Shown here in pieces: positions 17,524 through 28,067 of a DNA stretch of 28,502 nucleotides. The DNA lies in the NCBI GenBank assembly GCA_001179505.1, contig CDMY01000709.1, positions 1 to 28,502 on the forward strand, given 5' to 3'. This DNA comes from Vitrella brassicaformis CCMP3155 (Eukaryota; Protista; Chromerida). The position numbers and the translations under genes are program-made. Below the pieces are notes generated by a model. The model searched no databases, was not told the DNA's origin, and worked only from the letters and a program-made list of their open reading frames with translations. Every line of letters starts with the position of its first letter. The first letter of the stretch is position 1.

Positions 17524-20500
17524 CTACCATGAGGGTGCACACCCCGTTCCGCAGCCACCTGCTGTGGATCTGTTGGTGAGTTCCTTAAAGAGCAGCTTGC
17601 CGTACTTCTTGTACATGGACACTACACCACCCTGCCGATAAATCTCCTCCTGCATGCAATCACGTACACAAGACATACCCACGTAATGCAGACACGCCGA
17701 CATCTACCAGCTCAGTGTGTCGGCACCTGTATTTCCGGAAAGTCAAATCTGAACGACTTGCCCTGCACAGTGACGGTGCGATTGGGCACATCTACGGTGA
17801 TAGCTGCGTTCTCACATGCAAGCTGCACACAGACACCCACGCAATCGATCCATGCGTCATGATGTGTACCTGTCACGGATGTGCGCCTGTCAGGATGGCT
17901 CACCGTGTAGAATTCGTCATCGTCGATGTTGATGCCCAGCAGGTCGAGGGACAATAGGTTGCGCCCGAAGATGAAGGAGAACGACTTGGCGATCACCGTC
18001 TGCACCCCACACCAACGCAGGCAACTCACCGCCTCCTCGCGAGAGGACCCACATCCGAACCTTAAACAAACCCAAGATGAGAAACGTGATGTCCGTTCCA
18101 TGTAGCAGCCATTCGCCTTATCTGCCTTTTCTGTGTAGTTGTTACCGACCCTTTTCCGGCGACGACGATGTTCTGTCCCTGTTTGACCCTCTCGACGAAT
18201 TCGGGTCTGTCTATGCAGAAGGACTTGTCGCCGAGGGCAGCGTCTCGCAAGGGGATGTATTGGGCAGGGATGATAGCGTCAGTGTCCACACTGTCACCGA
18301 ATACTTGGGCACGACCCTCAATCACCCCTAGCTGCTTCACCTCGCCTAGATCCACTGGACACACAGACACGCGGAAACACATGGATACAGGCCGGCTACA
18401 CGTGTCGTGTGGTCATCCTCTCACTTGCAGCTTGCATTTGAGAGGAGTCTTCCTGCGGGTTGGCGAGCGAAGGCTGCGGTTCGACGACATTCAGAGGCCC
18501 CTAAAGGGTAATGAAACACATCCCATCCCATGTCTCATGTCCGAGCGCGATAGTGCCATTCTCGGTCACTCAGTCAACTTACCTCAGTTCGTTGTATGGC
18601 GAGCAGCGAGTCGAACCGTTGCTGGTCAATGGCTTCCAGGAAAGGCATTGGGTCCGTAATCTCCATGTTGAAGCTGGAGGCCGCCACAACCGCCGCCGAC
18701 GTGATGTTCCCGATCGCACCCTTCCCCATGCGGTTCCTGACAGAGACACAGCAATTTATGGGGATGTGAGTGTCTTACGGCGTATTTTCGTGCGGCATGC
18801 CTGAAGTTTCTGTTCTGGCTGGATAGCCATATCTCTTTTTCTTGAGCGCGGTCCACAGACACACCCAGGCAATACGAACAGCCAGCAGCGCCGATTGTGA
18901 AACCAGCCCTTATGAATAGACAATCAAACATACACACGATCTTCAGCGGCTTGCTGTCAGCCGCTTACTTTCTGTATATGTCGCAGATGCCCAGCCGCTC
19001 CAGATTTCGGATCATGATAGAAGAGCCGGGAGTCACCTAAAATTGTACAAAGACACACGTTGAGAAAAATTTTCCAAAGTGCGAAGTGACCCACTTGTCT
19101 CTTGTATGGTTTGTTGTCTCTTTGTTTCGGTGACAGTCCAAACTTGTCCATGGCGACCTCGAGCACGAGCCCTGCGAGGATGATTTCGCTCTCCGTGGTG
19201 GTGCATGCGCCGATGAAACACCCGTCCAGATAACGAATAGTGTCGCACACCTGCAACAAGCGCGCGGGAAAGTCGATCCTGGTCTCTTATCTTGTCTCCT
19301 GCGTTTCAGCTCACCTTCTTCCCGTTGTCTGGGTCGATGAGGGGCTCATACAGCTTCGGGTCATCGAGAGAGAACACATTGTCGGGCTCCGGCCACATCG
19401 CAACTGACACAAGGAAAACCAATGTGGCGCTGTGGGATGGCGCGAGTGTCAGCGTGCGCTGACCTGATGGTCTGACATCGTTTAGGCTGAGTGTCAGTCG
19501 CTTGTAGTACTGGGCGTCCAAGTCGGCGCGGAGATACACGGGGGCCTCGTCACGACCGACGCGCTTCGGACGCTTCTGGATAAACGCCTGATAGAACAAG
19601 GCAGACACAGGAGGTGGCCTGTGCATGGCACTCTCTGCTGGCCTCACGTCCGTGATCTCATCTGCCTGGACGATGCCTGCGATTGCCCCGAATTCCGTGG
19701 CCATGTTGGAAATTGCGAATCGTGAGTCGACCGATAGCTGTGAGAGGTTACCAGCGACTTCCACCACCCTGTCCAGCGCAACTGTATTGCGGCCGAACTG
19801 CTTGAGCATCCACAGGATGACGTCCTTGCCCACTAGCCCACGCTTTAGGGTGCCCGTGAGCTCAATCAAGACCGTCTCGGGCACCTTGAGCCACGTCTGT
19901 CCCGTCACTAGCGGCATCACCACATCTGCAGCACCCATCCCTGCCACACGCATGCATATTGGGACAATGGGAGATTAGGAGGGGAAACCAGGGGTCTCGC
20001 TTACCCGCAGCCAGTGCGCCAACGCATCCATGGGCGCAGCTGTGGCTGTCGGCGCCAACAATCACAGTGCCTGCAATAAGCCATCATGAAAGGGCGAGCC
20101 ACGTCTTCTGGTGCATGTATGTTTCTTATCACCTGGTTCAGCGCGCTGCCTATAGAACTCAGTGTGAAGGATCGATTCGTTGGGACCGAAGTAGTCCTGG
20201 GGTACCGATAACAGAGATGCACAAATTGGGGTGTCCTGCGCTTCTTACCTCGAGGGCCACTTTGTCAGCAAACTCCTTGCATGCCTGAATGCGCTTCTGG
20301 ATGACAGGCTCGTGATAGTTGCTGACGATACAGGACGTGTACGGAATCGGATGCTAGATGCACGATGTGCCGTGTGTTTTCCTGTTTCTGCCACCATACC
20401 GTGGGTCGACCGAGTGGTCCACAGCGAGGAAGAACCTGTCGTTCCGCCAAATGTCGGGATTGTCAATCTTCTCCAAGCATTGTTTCATCCCAACCCACGT

Positions 20501-20706
20501 CAGCTCACTCGCCAGCGTACGAGCCACCTTGACAACCACAACCTGACCAGACGTGTCAATGCAATGTGTGCCTGCAGGTGCCTCCCTGCTGCTCCGCAGC
20601 GGCTGACCTGTCCAGGTTTGACCTCCGGAGAGGTGAGGCCAACCGCTTGGTGGCACAGGATCTTCTCTGATAGGGTCATCGCTCTCATTCTCCTTTGACC
20701 CGACAT
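17524..20706 (-). CDS. Aconitase-family [4Fe-4S] dehydratase with fused large and small (swivel) subunits (3-isopropylmalate dehydratase/homoaconitase-like), multi-exon
   Basis: [45 protein letters not shown] (Cys1), GCSYCLG (Cys2 and Cys3), [14 protein letters not shown]; then swivel motifs [36 protein letters not shown]; ends [11 protein letters not shown]. Confidence 0.93.
18737..18800 (-). other. GC-AG intron in the aconitase-family gene
   Basis: TTCAG|GCATGC...TGTCAG|GAAC. Only this donor restores the conserved RNFRNRMGKG; the downstream GTAAG donor gives a frameshift. Confidence 0.75.
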
Positions 20707-21294
20707 TGGCGCAAGCGATACCGAGGGGCTCAGAAAGCGAGTCAGCTAGGTGAGAAGAATCAATCGTTCGGTCGGTTCGGTGGCGATCTCAGGCAGGTCA
20801 CAGTTGTGCTCAGATCTGCAGACAGAGACAAGAACGCAGCCATTCGGGTTCTCAGTGGTGCTTAGATCTGCTTCGACCCTCACGTTGGGGTGCACTTGTT
20901 CAATCTCTCTCTCTGGTGCGCATCAAGACAACGTTTCTTAGGGTGCGGTTCTATGAAAGGCACCGTGACCGTGAAACTCAATGGAACCCCCGCGAACGCG
21001 GGTCGACGAACTGTTACGAGGGGGGGCCCCCTCGTAACGGAAGGCGATCGGAAAGGGACACCTTACAAAAATCTGTCGTCCCCGTTTGCGCTCTCCTTGG
21101 ACGGCCGCCACGTGTGAATCTCACTCTCGCTGCCCCAGGTGTGTGAATCTCACTCCTTCCTCGAGTGACCCTCACCCCTGCTCGGGCGCTCTCGCCCTGC
21201 TCGGGCTGTCATCGGCAGTGTGCACCGGCAAAACCGCCACGTCTATGACCTGAACTCACCCACGCTGCCCTGTCCTACCCACTCTGCCATTCCG

Positions 21295-21343
21295 CCCCTG
21301 GCCCCTCACCCCTGATCCCTGGCCCCTCACCCCTGACCCCTGA
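21295..21343 (+). repeat. Seven in-phase C-rich heptamers (CCCCTGG/CCCCTCA/CCCCTGA) just before ORF1
   Basis: CCCCTGG CCCCTCA CCCCTGA TCCCTGG CCCCTCA CCCCTGA CCCCTGA, then CC-ATG. Confidence 0.9.
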
Positions 21344-21345
21344 CC

Positions 21346-22740
21346 ATGCACAAGACGACCCCTGATCCCATCAGTGCTGACCCTCCCACCGACTCTGCTT
21401 CGTCCTCTTCAAACCCGGCCGGCCGTGATGCCACGCTCGTCTACGAGGCGCAGATGAAGAAACTCGGCCTTGTCAGCACCACAGAGGCAACGGCCACTTG
21501 GACGGCCAAGGTGCAGCCCCTACTCGCAAGCCTTCCAGAGGCCATGCAGAAGCCGGTCGCGGATGTCCTCGTGTTCCAGCACAACTACACCATCGATGTG
21601 ATCACCGACCTGCTTGGTGTCACGTCAGCAAAGGGCGACGAGAAAGCCGCTGACATCTGCAGCAGACTCGACACCATGGACCTCAACGCGGCCAACTTCA
21701 AGACGGAGGTTGCCGAGGCCTTCACCCGCACCAGCACCGCCATCGCATGCCTCGACGACAAGATCAACACGACGGAGCGCAAGATCGGGGAGGGGAAGCT
21801 TCGCATGCGCGGCGTCCGCCCCGACAGGCTGACCGACCCTGGCCAGCTGCACCGCTACGTCTACAGCGTCCTCGAGCGCGCCCAGCCGCCCATCCCCCCT
21901 CTCTCCGTCAACTTCATCTGCACGCCGGCAGGCAAGCGCGACGTCATCCTGGCCTTTGGTGATGGACAGCTGGCTGGGCACATGCACATGCGCATGCGGC
22001 AGGGCCGCGGGCGCATCTGGTGTGGTGGGGTCGAGTATGGGCTCACATCGGTGCAAGGGCCTGACGAGTCGCTCTCGTATGCCCTCATGCTCGCGGTTGA
22101 CCGCGGTATGGGCGACAAGATCGAGGTCGGCCCTGTTATCTGCCACCCCTCCCCCCACCCTGGCCCCCACACCGACGTCCGTCATCGCACCCCCACCTAT
22201 ATCGACCGAGCCCCGGTGCCCGTGTACATCAACGAGGCGCACGCCCTCAACTCGGCCGTTCCTGCCTGGGGTGCCCTGTCGACATCCCCGACATCCTCAG
22301 TCGCCGCACCCCTCCCCCTTCCCCCTTCCCCCGCCCGCCCTCATCCGTCGTCCGTTCCGTCTTCCTCTCCCCTGCCCCCCTCAATGGTTGCCCCTGCAGT
22401 GCCGATCGTCCCTCCAGTGACGATGACTGCACCCACCCTCACAACGGCTCGGTCGCTGCCTGCAGCATCGTCGTCTCCGGGGGGGTCGCCGCACTCCAAA
22501 CGACACCATGCTGCACCCGGTGGCGGTCCGCGTGCAGCAGCCTGTGCGCCGTCAGCACCAGCGGAGTCGCCCCGTGCAGTTCCCTCCACCCCTTCATTCG
22601 CATCCATGCCCACCTCGGCGACGTCCCGCCCAGCCTCTCGTTCTGCGAAAGGGGGACCCTCTCGAGGCCCCTCACACATCGCGTCGGTGTGCCTCAACCC
22701 GGTCAGCCGGAAATTTCGTAGCCCTCAGGCCGGCCAATGA
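21346..22740 (+). CDS. LINE ORF1-like protein (coiled coil plus RRM-like segment, Pro/Ser-rich tail)
   Basis: Intronless 464-aa ORF. The heptad-like region ending LDDKINTTERKIGEGKLRMRGVRPD parallels the L1-type ORF1 coiled-coil/RRM junction (LENRSRRNNLRIRGIPE). It lies upstream of APE-RT. Confidence 0.65.
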   Translation: MHKTTPDPISADPPTDSASSSSNPAGRDATLVYEAQMKKLGLVSTTEATATWTAKVQPLLASLPEAMQKPVADVLVFQHNYTIDVITDLLGVTSAKGDEKAADICSRLDTMDLNAANFKTEVAEAFTRTSTAIACLDDKINTTERKIGEGKLRMRGVRPDRLTDPGQLHRYVYSVLERAQPPIPPLSVNFICTPAGKRDVILAFGDGQLAGHMHMRMRQGRGRIWCGGVEYGLTSVQGPDESLSYALMLAVDRGMGDKIEVGPVICHPSPHPGPHTDVRHRTPTYIDRAPVPVYINEAHALNSAVPAWGALSTSPTSSVAAPLPLPPSPARPHPSSVPSSSPLPPSMVAPAVPIVPPVTMTAPTLTTARSLPAASSSPGGSPHSKRHHAAPGGGPRAAACAPSAPAESPRAVPSTPSFASMPTSATSRPASRSAKGGPSRGPSHIASVCLNPVSRKFRSPQAGQ

Positions 22741-23377
22741 TAGCTGGTGGGAATGGATGGATGGCGGGAGGGAGGGACGATGGGGATGGGCAATGGCCAT
22801 GGGGGCTCTTATTGTGGGTGGTTGCCTTCTGATGGGTGTATTGTTTGTTGTATGCGTGGCCATATGCATTTTCCTTGGTCCATTTTCCTACTCTCGTCGC
22901 TTCTGGCATGTCTGGATCACTCGTTGTGCTGCTGCGTGTGTTTGTCACTTACGTGTTCTCCTCTGCTTGGTGCCGTGGTGGGCTATGCTACGCACACTCC
23001 TACTTTGGCTCGTGTTGTGTGGATGGCTGGGAGGGGAGGGGGACGAGGTGCTCGCACTTGTTATTGGCGGCCTTGCTGTTGTCACCGTGGCAATGTGTGT
23101 CTTGGTGCATGGCTGTATCTCTCTTGTTTCTTTGCCTCCTTCTCGTTACCCTCTCTATTTACTGCCCCCTCGTCCGTCTCGGTTCATGTGGCGCCGCTGG
23201 AGGCCGCCAAGCTACTCTCGTGTTGACGTCCTTTACGACGGTACCTCCCTCGCTCTCGGGTGTGCTTGGGAGGCCACCCTCTCTATTTTTTGTGTTCTGT
23301 CGGCGCCTTAGCTGCTCGTGCGTGGACACAGCTCAGAATGCCTGCCCTTCGTCGGTGTTCTCTGTTCTCTCTTTTTT

Positions 23378-26300
23378 ATGCGTCTTTATCCACCTGTGGG
23401 TGATGTATTCTATGGTGTATTCTATGCGGGACGGGATGGGCGGCAAGGAAGGGGAGTGGGCGTGACCGTGCGTACAGTTCATGCTGATGATGCATGTCGT
23501 GTCGCTGATGCAATGACTGCTTCGCTCTGTCTCCATGGCGTGCGAGCACCGGGCTTTATGTCTCGTTTCTCGTTCGCGAGAGGTGGCACCCAGCCTGTCA
23601 TGCTTCTGCCATGCCTACTGGAGGGGCGATCAGTTCATCGTACGAGTACTTTGCATGTTGCACTACGTGCATTACGTGGGGGTGGGCTGCATGGAGCGTG
23701 CGGGTGGTATGCCGTGGTGCACGTGGGTGCGTTGGGTGTATATATGCGTTGCCCTGCTGCATTCCGTGATGTGGGCGGGTGGTGTTTGGGGACTAAGGCC
23801 TACGCGCGGCCATTAGGGGAGACGACGTCAGAGAGAGGCCAGTCAGCTCGTTCGTCTGCATCCATGACTCGGGACGCTCCATCTGCTGGAGCGGCTCCTG
23901 CAATTCATGGCGACACTCGCAGGACAGGCTCTTCCGGTCTTTCTGATCGGCCACAGCCGGCAGAGCCAGCTGTATGTGTTGGTATGCCATGCTCTCCCCC
24001 TGCACAGCAGACATATCACTTCCTGTTCCTCAATATCCAGGGGCTGGCGGCTAAGGTTACTGGCTTTGCATCGTTATTTGATGAGCTTCTAAAGGTTGAT
24101 GCGCATGGCGCTCGCTATGATTTTCTGGCTTTTGCTGAGACTTTCCACGATGAGTCGTGTGTTGATTTGACTGGCTACTCGTGTTGGCATGCCCCTCGTG
24201 CGCAAATGTTCAATCATGCCACACATACCGACGTTCTTTCTGGGGGTGTTGCTATATATGCTAGCCGTCGCGTGAGCCCTTTCGTGAAGCAGAGGCAATG
24301 TGGGATTGGAAATGTTGTTGTGGTTGAGTGTTCGCCTGCTCTACTCGGCTTGGACCGGTCTCTTTTCATCATGGCTTGCTATGTACCGCCATGGTGTGAG
24401 TCAGACAAGCCAGGCGGGGAGTGGTGGGATGCTGTGGATGTGCTGTGTGGTACACTGACTGATGAGCGTCACTTGCTCCTGCTGGGGGACTTTAATGCAC
24501 ATACGTCCACACTTCCTGACACATTGAGTGCTGCTGACTATGAGGAAGTGGGAGTCGATGTTGGCACACTTCATCCTCTCCTCCTCACTCCCCCCTCCCG
24601 TTTGTCTGCGTGCGTGTCTCCAACTGACTTGACATGTGCCGGTCGAATGGGTTGTTGGCCGACACATCGGGCGGTCCCCATCTACTCTCACGTCTGCTGC
24701 GACATTCGCTCAAGGCAGGGGTACTGTGATTGATTATGCTATCGCGTCTCCTCGTTTGTATTCTCTCGCTACTTACTTTGATCTTGCCCTGACTGACTTA
24801 CACACACAGCATTTGGCGCTCTCTCTCGGCTTCACCGTGAGTAGTGAGCCTCATGCTGTGACTGATTTGCGTGATCGCATTCGTGCTGCGCGTCATAATC
24901 CTAGCCGTGCACTCTATCGGTGGACGGTTGGAGACTTGAATGCAATCATGTCTGACTTACTCAACGACCCATCGCATCTGTATCTGCGTGATGAGTTGGC
25001 TGCAGCAATGCGTGTACATGACTCTGCCCGTTCTAGTGTGGCGGCTACGCGTGTACTCAACTCACTTACTTCTATCTTCCACAAACATTCATCATATGTC
25101 GATTGCCGCCGCAAGGCAGCAGACGCGATTTTGCGTTGCTTAGATGGGCATGGTCCTCGCACTACGCTCTCTGCGCTTCCCCTCCCACTTGCTGTGCGCC
25201 GTTCTATTGCCGATGCACGTCAGGCGCATGCTGCGTATCGTGCTGCTCGTCTGACGGGCGATGCGGCCGGTCAGGCAGCTGCCTATGATGCGTTTCGGCA
25301 AAAAGGCGCATACCGTAAATCTCTCTGTGAGGGCTGTAAGCGTGATGCTATACGGGCGAAGGTCCATGAGATTGCACTGTTGCGTCGTGTCAAGGTGAAG
25401 GATTTTTGGCGTCATTTTCATTCGTCCAGTCATTCGGTTCCTGCCCTCCCCTTACATACACCTACTCTCTCCCAGCGCGCGCAGCACTATGAGCATGTTT
25501 TTGCTGGGCCTCAGGTTGCGTACTTTGACCCGGCTGCCCCTGTCTCTGCTGCTCATCGTAATGCACATGCTAGGCAGCGTCACGTACCTGTTGATTGGTC
25601 CGGCCTCTGCTTTCTCTGCTTCCGCTTTGGAGGCCATTCTCGCTCATTGCCCATCGACTAGCTCTTCTGGCCTTGATGGTATCACTTATCAGTTGTGAAA
25701 CGTGTCGGGACGGCCGCTCTCACTGACCTCAGCCAGGTGTTCACTGCGTTTTTTCGCTCGCGTACGTGGGCGTACGCTCATGATTGTATTCTTGTTCATC
25801 CTCTGCATAAGAAGGGCCCTACTGACTTGCCTGATAATTATCGGGGCATCCACTTGCTGCCTGTCTGGGAGAAATTGTATGGTCACCTCCTAATGCCATC
25901 CTCTCTCAGACATCCACATGCCCAGAACAGGCTGGTTTTCGTAGGGATCATGGTACCATTGGCCAGTGCTTTGTGTTGGGTAGCTTGATAGAACGTGCTC
26001 GTCGTGCCAGGCAGCCACTCTATGTGTGCTTCGTTGATTTTCGTAAGGCGTTTGACTCCGTCAATCGTGAGCTCCTCTGGGATGTCCTTCGTAGGAAGGG
26101 CATTGCAGAGACTCTCGTACGGAATCTCGAAGCTCTGTATGCACGTGTGAAGGCGCGTGTTCATGGTAGCTTTGAGGGGCTGTCTGCTGTGTTTAAGGAG
26201 CTGTTCGGTGTTAAGCAAGGCGATCTCCTTGGCCCACTCTTGTCTTCTCTTTTTGTCGATGACCTGCCTGAATACATTCGCGCTGGCCGTGAGGCCACCG

Positions 26301-27932
26301 CCCCACTCTTGCGGCTCATCGACATTGTTGTGTTCGCTTTGTTGTACGCCGATGATCTTGCTTTGCTTGCTGTATGCGCTCCAGGCCTGCAAGAAAGCCT
26401 TGAGCCTACATCAGTGATGAGAAGAGCAGGGTGGTTATTTTTAACCCTGAGTTTGCCCCTATCCCACCCCCCACTTTTCACTTCGGCCCTGCAACCGATG
26501 TCTTGACTCGTGAGCTCGCTTTTCGCCATCTTGGTGTATGGTTTCATGAATCGGTGGGGTGGGAGTATCACTTGCAGGTGATGAGTGGGAAAGCAAGTAC
26601 TTCTCTGAATATCCTTTACCATCGTCTTAAACGTTTGCCTGCACTGGACCCAGCAACTCTTTTCCTTCTTTTCGATACACTTGTTGCGCCTGTGTATTTG
26701 TATGGCTGTGAGTTCTGGGCGAGCCTGCCGTGTCGTCAGCTCGATAAGTTACATCGCCGGTTTCTCTTGCGTGTCATGCGTGTCTCATCTCGCACTAGCA
26801 CGAACGCATTACTCACTGAGACCGGCCGCTTTCCCGTCCCGTATGAAGCGCGCCGGCGGCTGCTTGATTTTCTATGTCGTATATGGAATGGTCGCTGCGG
26901 CGAGCTCGCTAGAAAGGCTCTGTCAGAAGCCCAATCTGCTTATACATCCGCACCTCAGTTCACACGTATGCAGACAGACACCACTTACTTCTACAGACAG
27001 CACCATAATATGTATGCTCGCTTTGCTGCCGCCTTGGATCATGCAGGTCAGCGCGCTCTGATCTCTAATTTGGTCCCATTAGTGACTCCATGTTGCATGA
27101 CCTTCGTGTCGGCCATGCTAAGGCTCACTTTGCTGATCCACTCACGTCACGGTGGGACACCAACATACGCACTCGTCATCATTCGCTGCATGATGCACCC
27201 CCTCTTCCTCCCCCCCTCTCGCTCTTTCCCTTGCCTCTGTGTCTTCTTCCATGACAATGCCCGTACGCGGATTCTCTTGCATGCACGTCAGCGTTCATTC
27301 ACTGCTTCTCCTTTCTTTGGCAATGTCTTCCCTCATAGCTTTCCCGTGACCCGTCGGCCTTTTGCGCCGCGCACACAGCGTTGCCTTCTGGACAGAAGCA
27401 ATCTACTCTCTCTACCTCCCTCATTATTGAGTCAGGCCAAGACTGGCTTCATCGCCTCATCCAGCCTCTGTCCACCTTTCCATGCTACTTTTCACTACCT
27501 CGACCCAAGCGTCGTGTGCTGTTCGCTTTTCGGACCGGTACATATCCCTGTGCAGTTACTGATGGGCGTATCGGTGGCCCTCCACGACTGCTGCGCTCTT
27601 GCCCGTATTGCACCGTTTTTCATTTCTTGCCTCACATGTGTGTGCCACCTGTTGAGGATGAGCTGCACATTCTTTTCTACTGTCCCCTCTACAGCTCTGC
27701 ACGAGGGGAAGTATTCCGTGTTGTTCGCATGTATGGCCTTGCGGCGTCTGATGGCAAGGTTTACTTTCGATGGGATCTCAATTATTGTGATCCTCTTGTG
27801 TTTGCCTTTTCTTTGCTCACCTCTCGCTCACTGCATGTGCATGAAGCGGTCGCCACGTTTCTGCTTTCTGCGAAAGCCTCGCGAAAGCGGTGGGTTGCGT
27901 TGCATCCGGTGCTTCCTTCTCCGGACTCGTGA
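23378..27932 (+). pseudogene. LINE ORF2: APE endonuclease, reverse transcriptase and C-terminal CCHC finger, with multiple frameshifts
   Basis: APE: FLNIQG, FAETF, GGVAIY, YVPP, LLLGDFNAH, TVIDYAI. RT: PLHKKG..DNYRGI, EQAGFRR, FVDFRKAFDSV, GVKQGDLLGPLL, LLYADDL, FRHLG. Then YGCEFW, ETGRFP and CPYC..VEDELHILFYCPLY. Frame changes near 24640, 25695, 25900, 26410, 27080-27215 and 27380. Confidence 0.93.
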
Positions 27933-27967
27933 TTTTCTATGGACTCACACAGACCCTTTCTTGCGTA

Positions 27968-28022
27968 CCCCTTCGGGGGGCCGGGGGGCAAGGTCCCCGT
28001 GAGGTTAACGAACGAACGAACG
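27968..28022 (+). other. LINE 3' terminus: two G/C hairpins and an (AACG)4 tail
   Basis: CCCC-TTCG-GGGG (27968-27979), a second GGGG..CCCC stem (~27985-27998), and AACG x4 (28007-28022). Confidence 0.7.
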
Positions 28023-28067
28023 TACAAAGATGCCGCGAGCTAAATATATACATCAATCTAGGTGTGG

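Larger units (their letters stand above)
21072..28022 (+). mobile_element. APE-type non-LTR retrotransposon (LINE), near full-length, decayed
   Basis: Repeat-rich leader, ORF1, APE endonuclease, RT with YADD, C-terminal CCHC, 3' hairpins and an (AACG)4 tail. The 5' boundary is uncertain (about 20940-21110). Confidence 0.9.

Noticed and set aside
20943-21040. GTGCG followed by a long stem, resembling a group II intron start and domain V
   Set aside because: No AGC/CGC triad, AC bulge or GNRA loop in the stem, and the segment is far too short.
21063-21071. TACAAAAAT versus TACAAAGAT (28023-28031) as a LINE target-site duplication
   Set aside because: An 8/9 match in A-rich sequence is weak. 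It was used only as a tentative 5' boundary.
21585-22697. Several antisense ORFs over LINE ORF1
   Set aside because: Expected shadows of a GC-rich coding strand, with no independent motifs.
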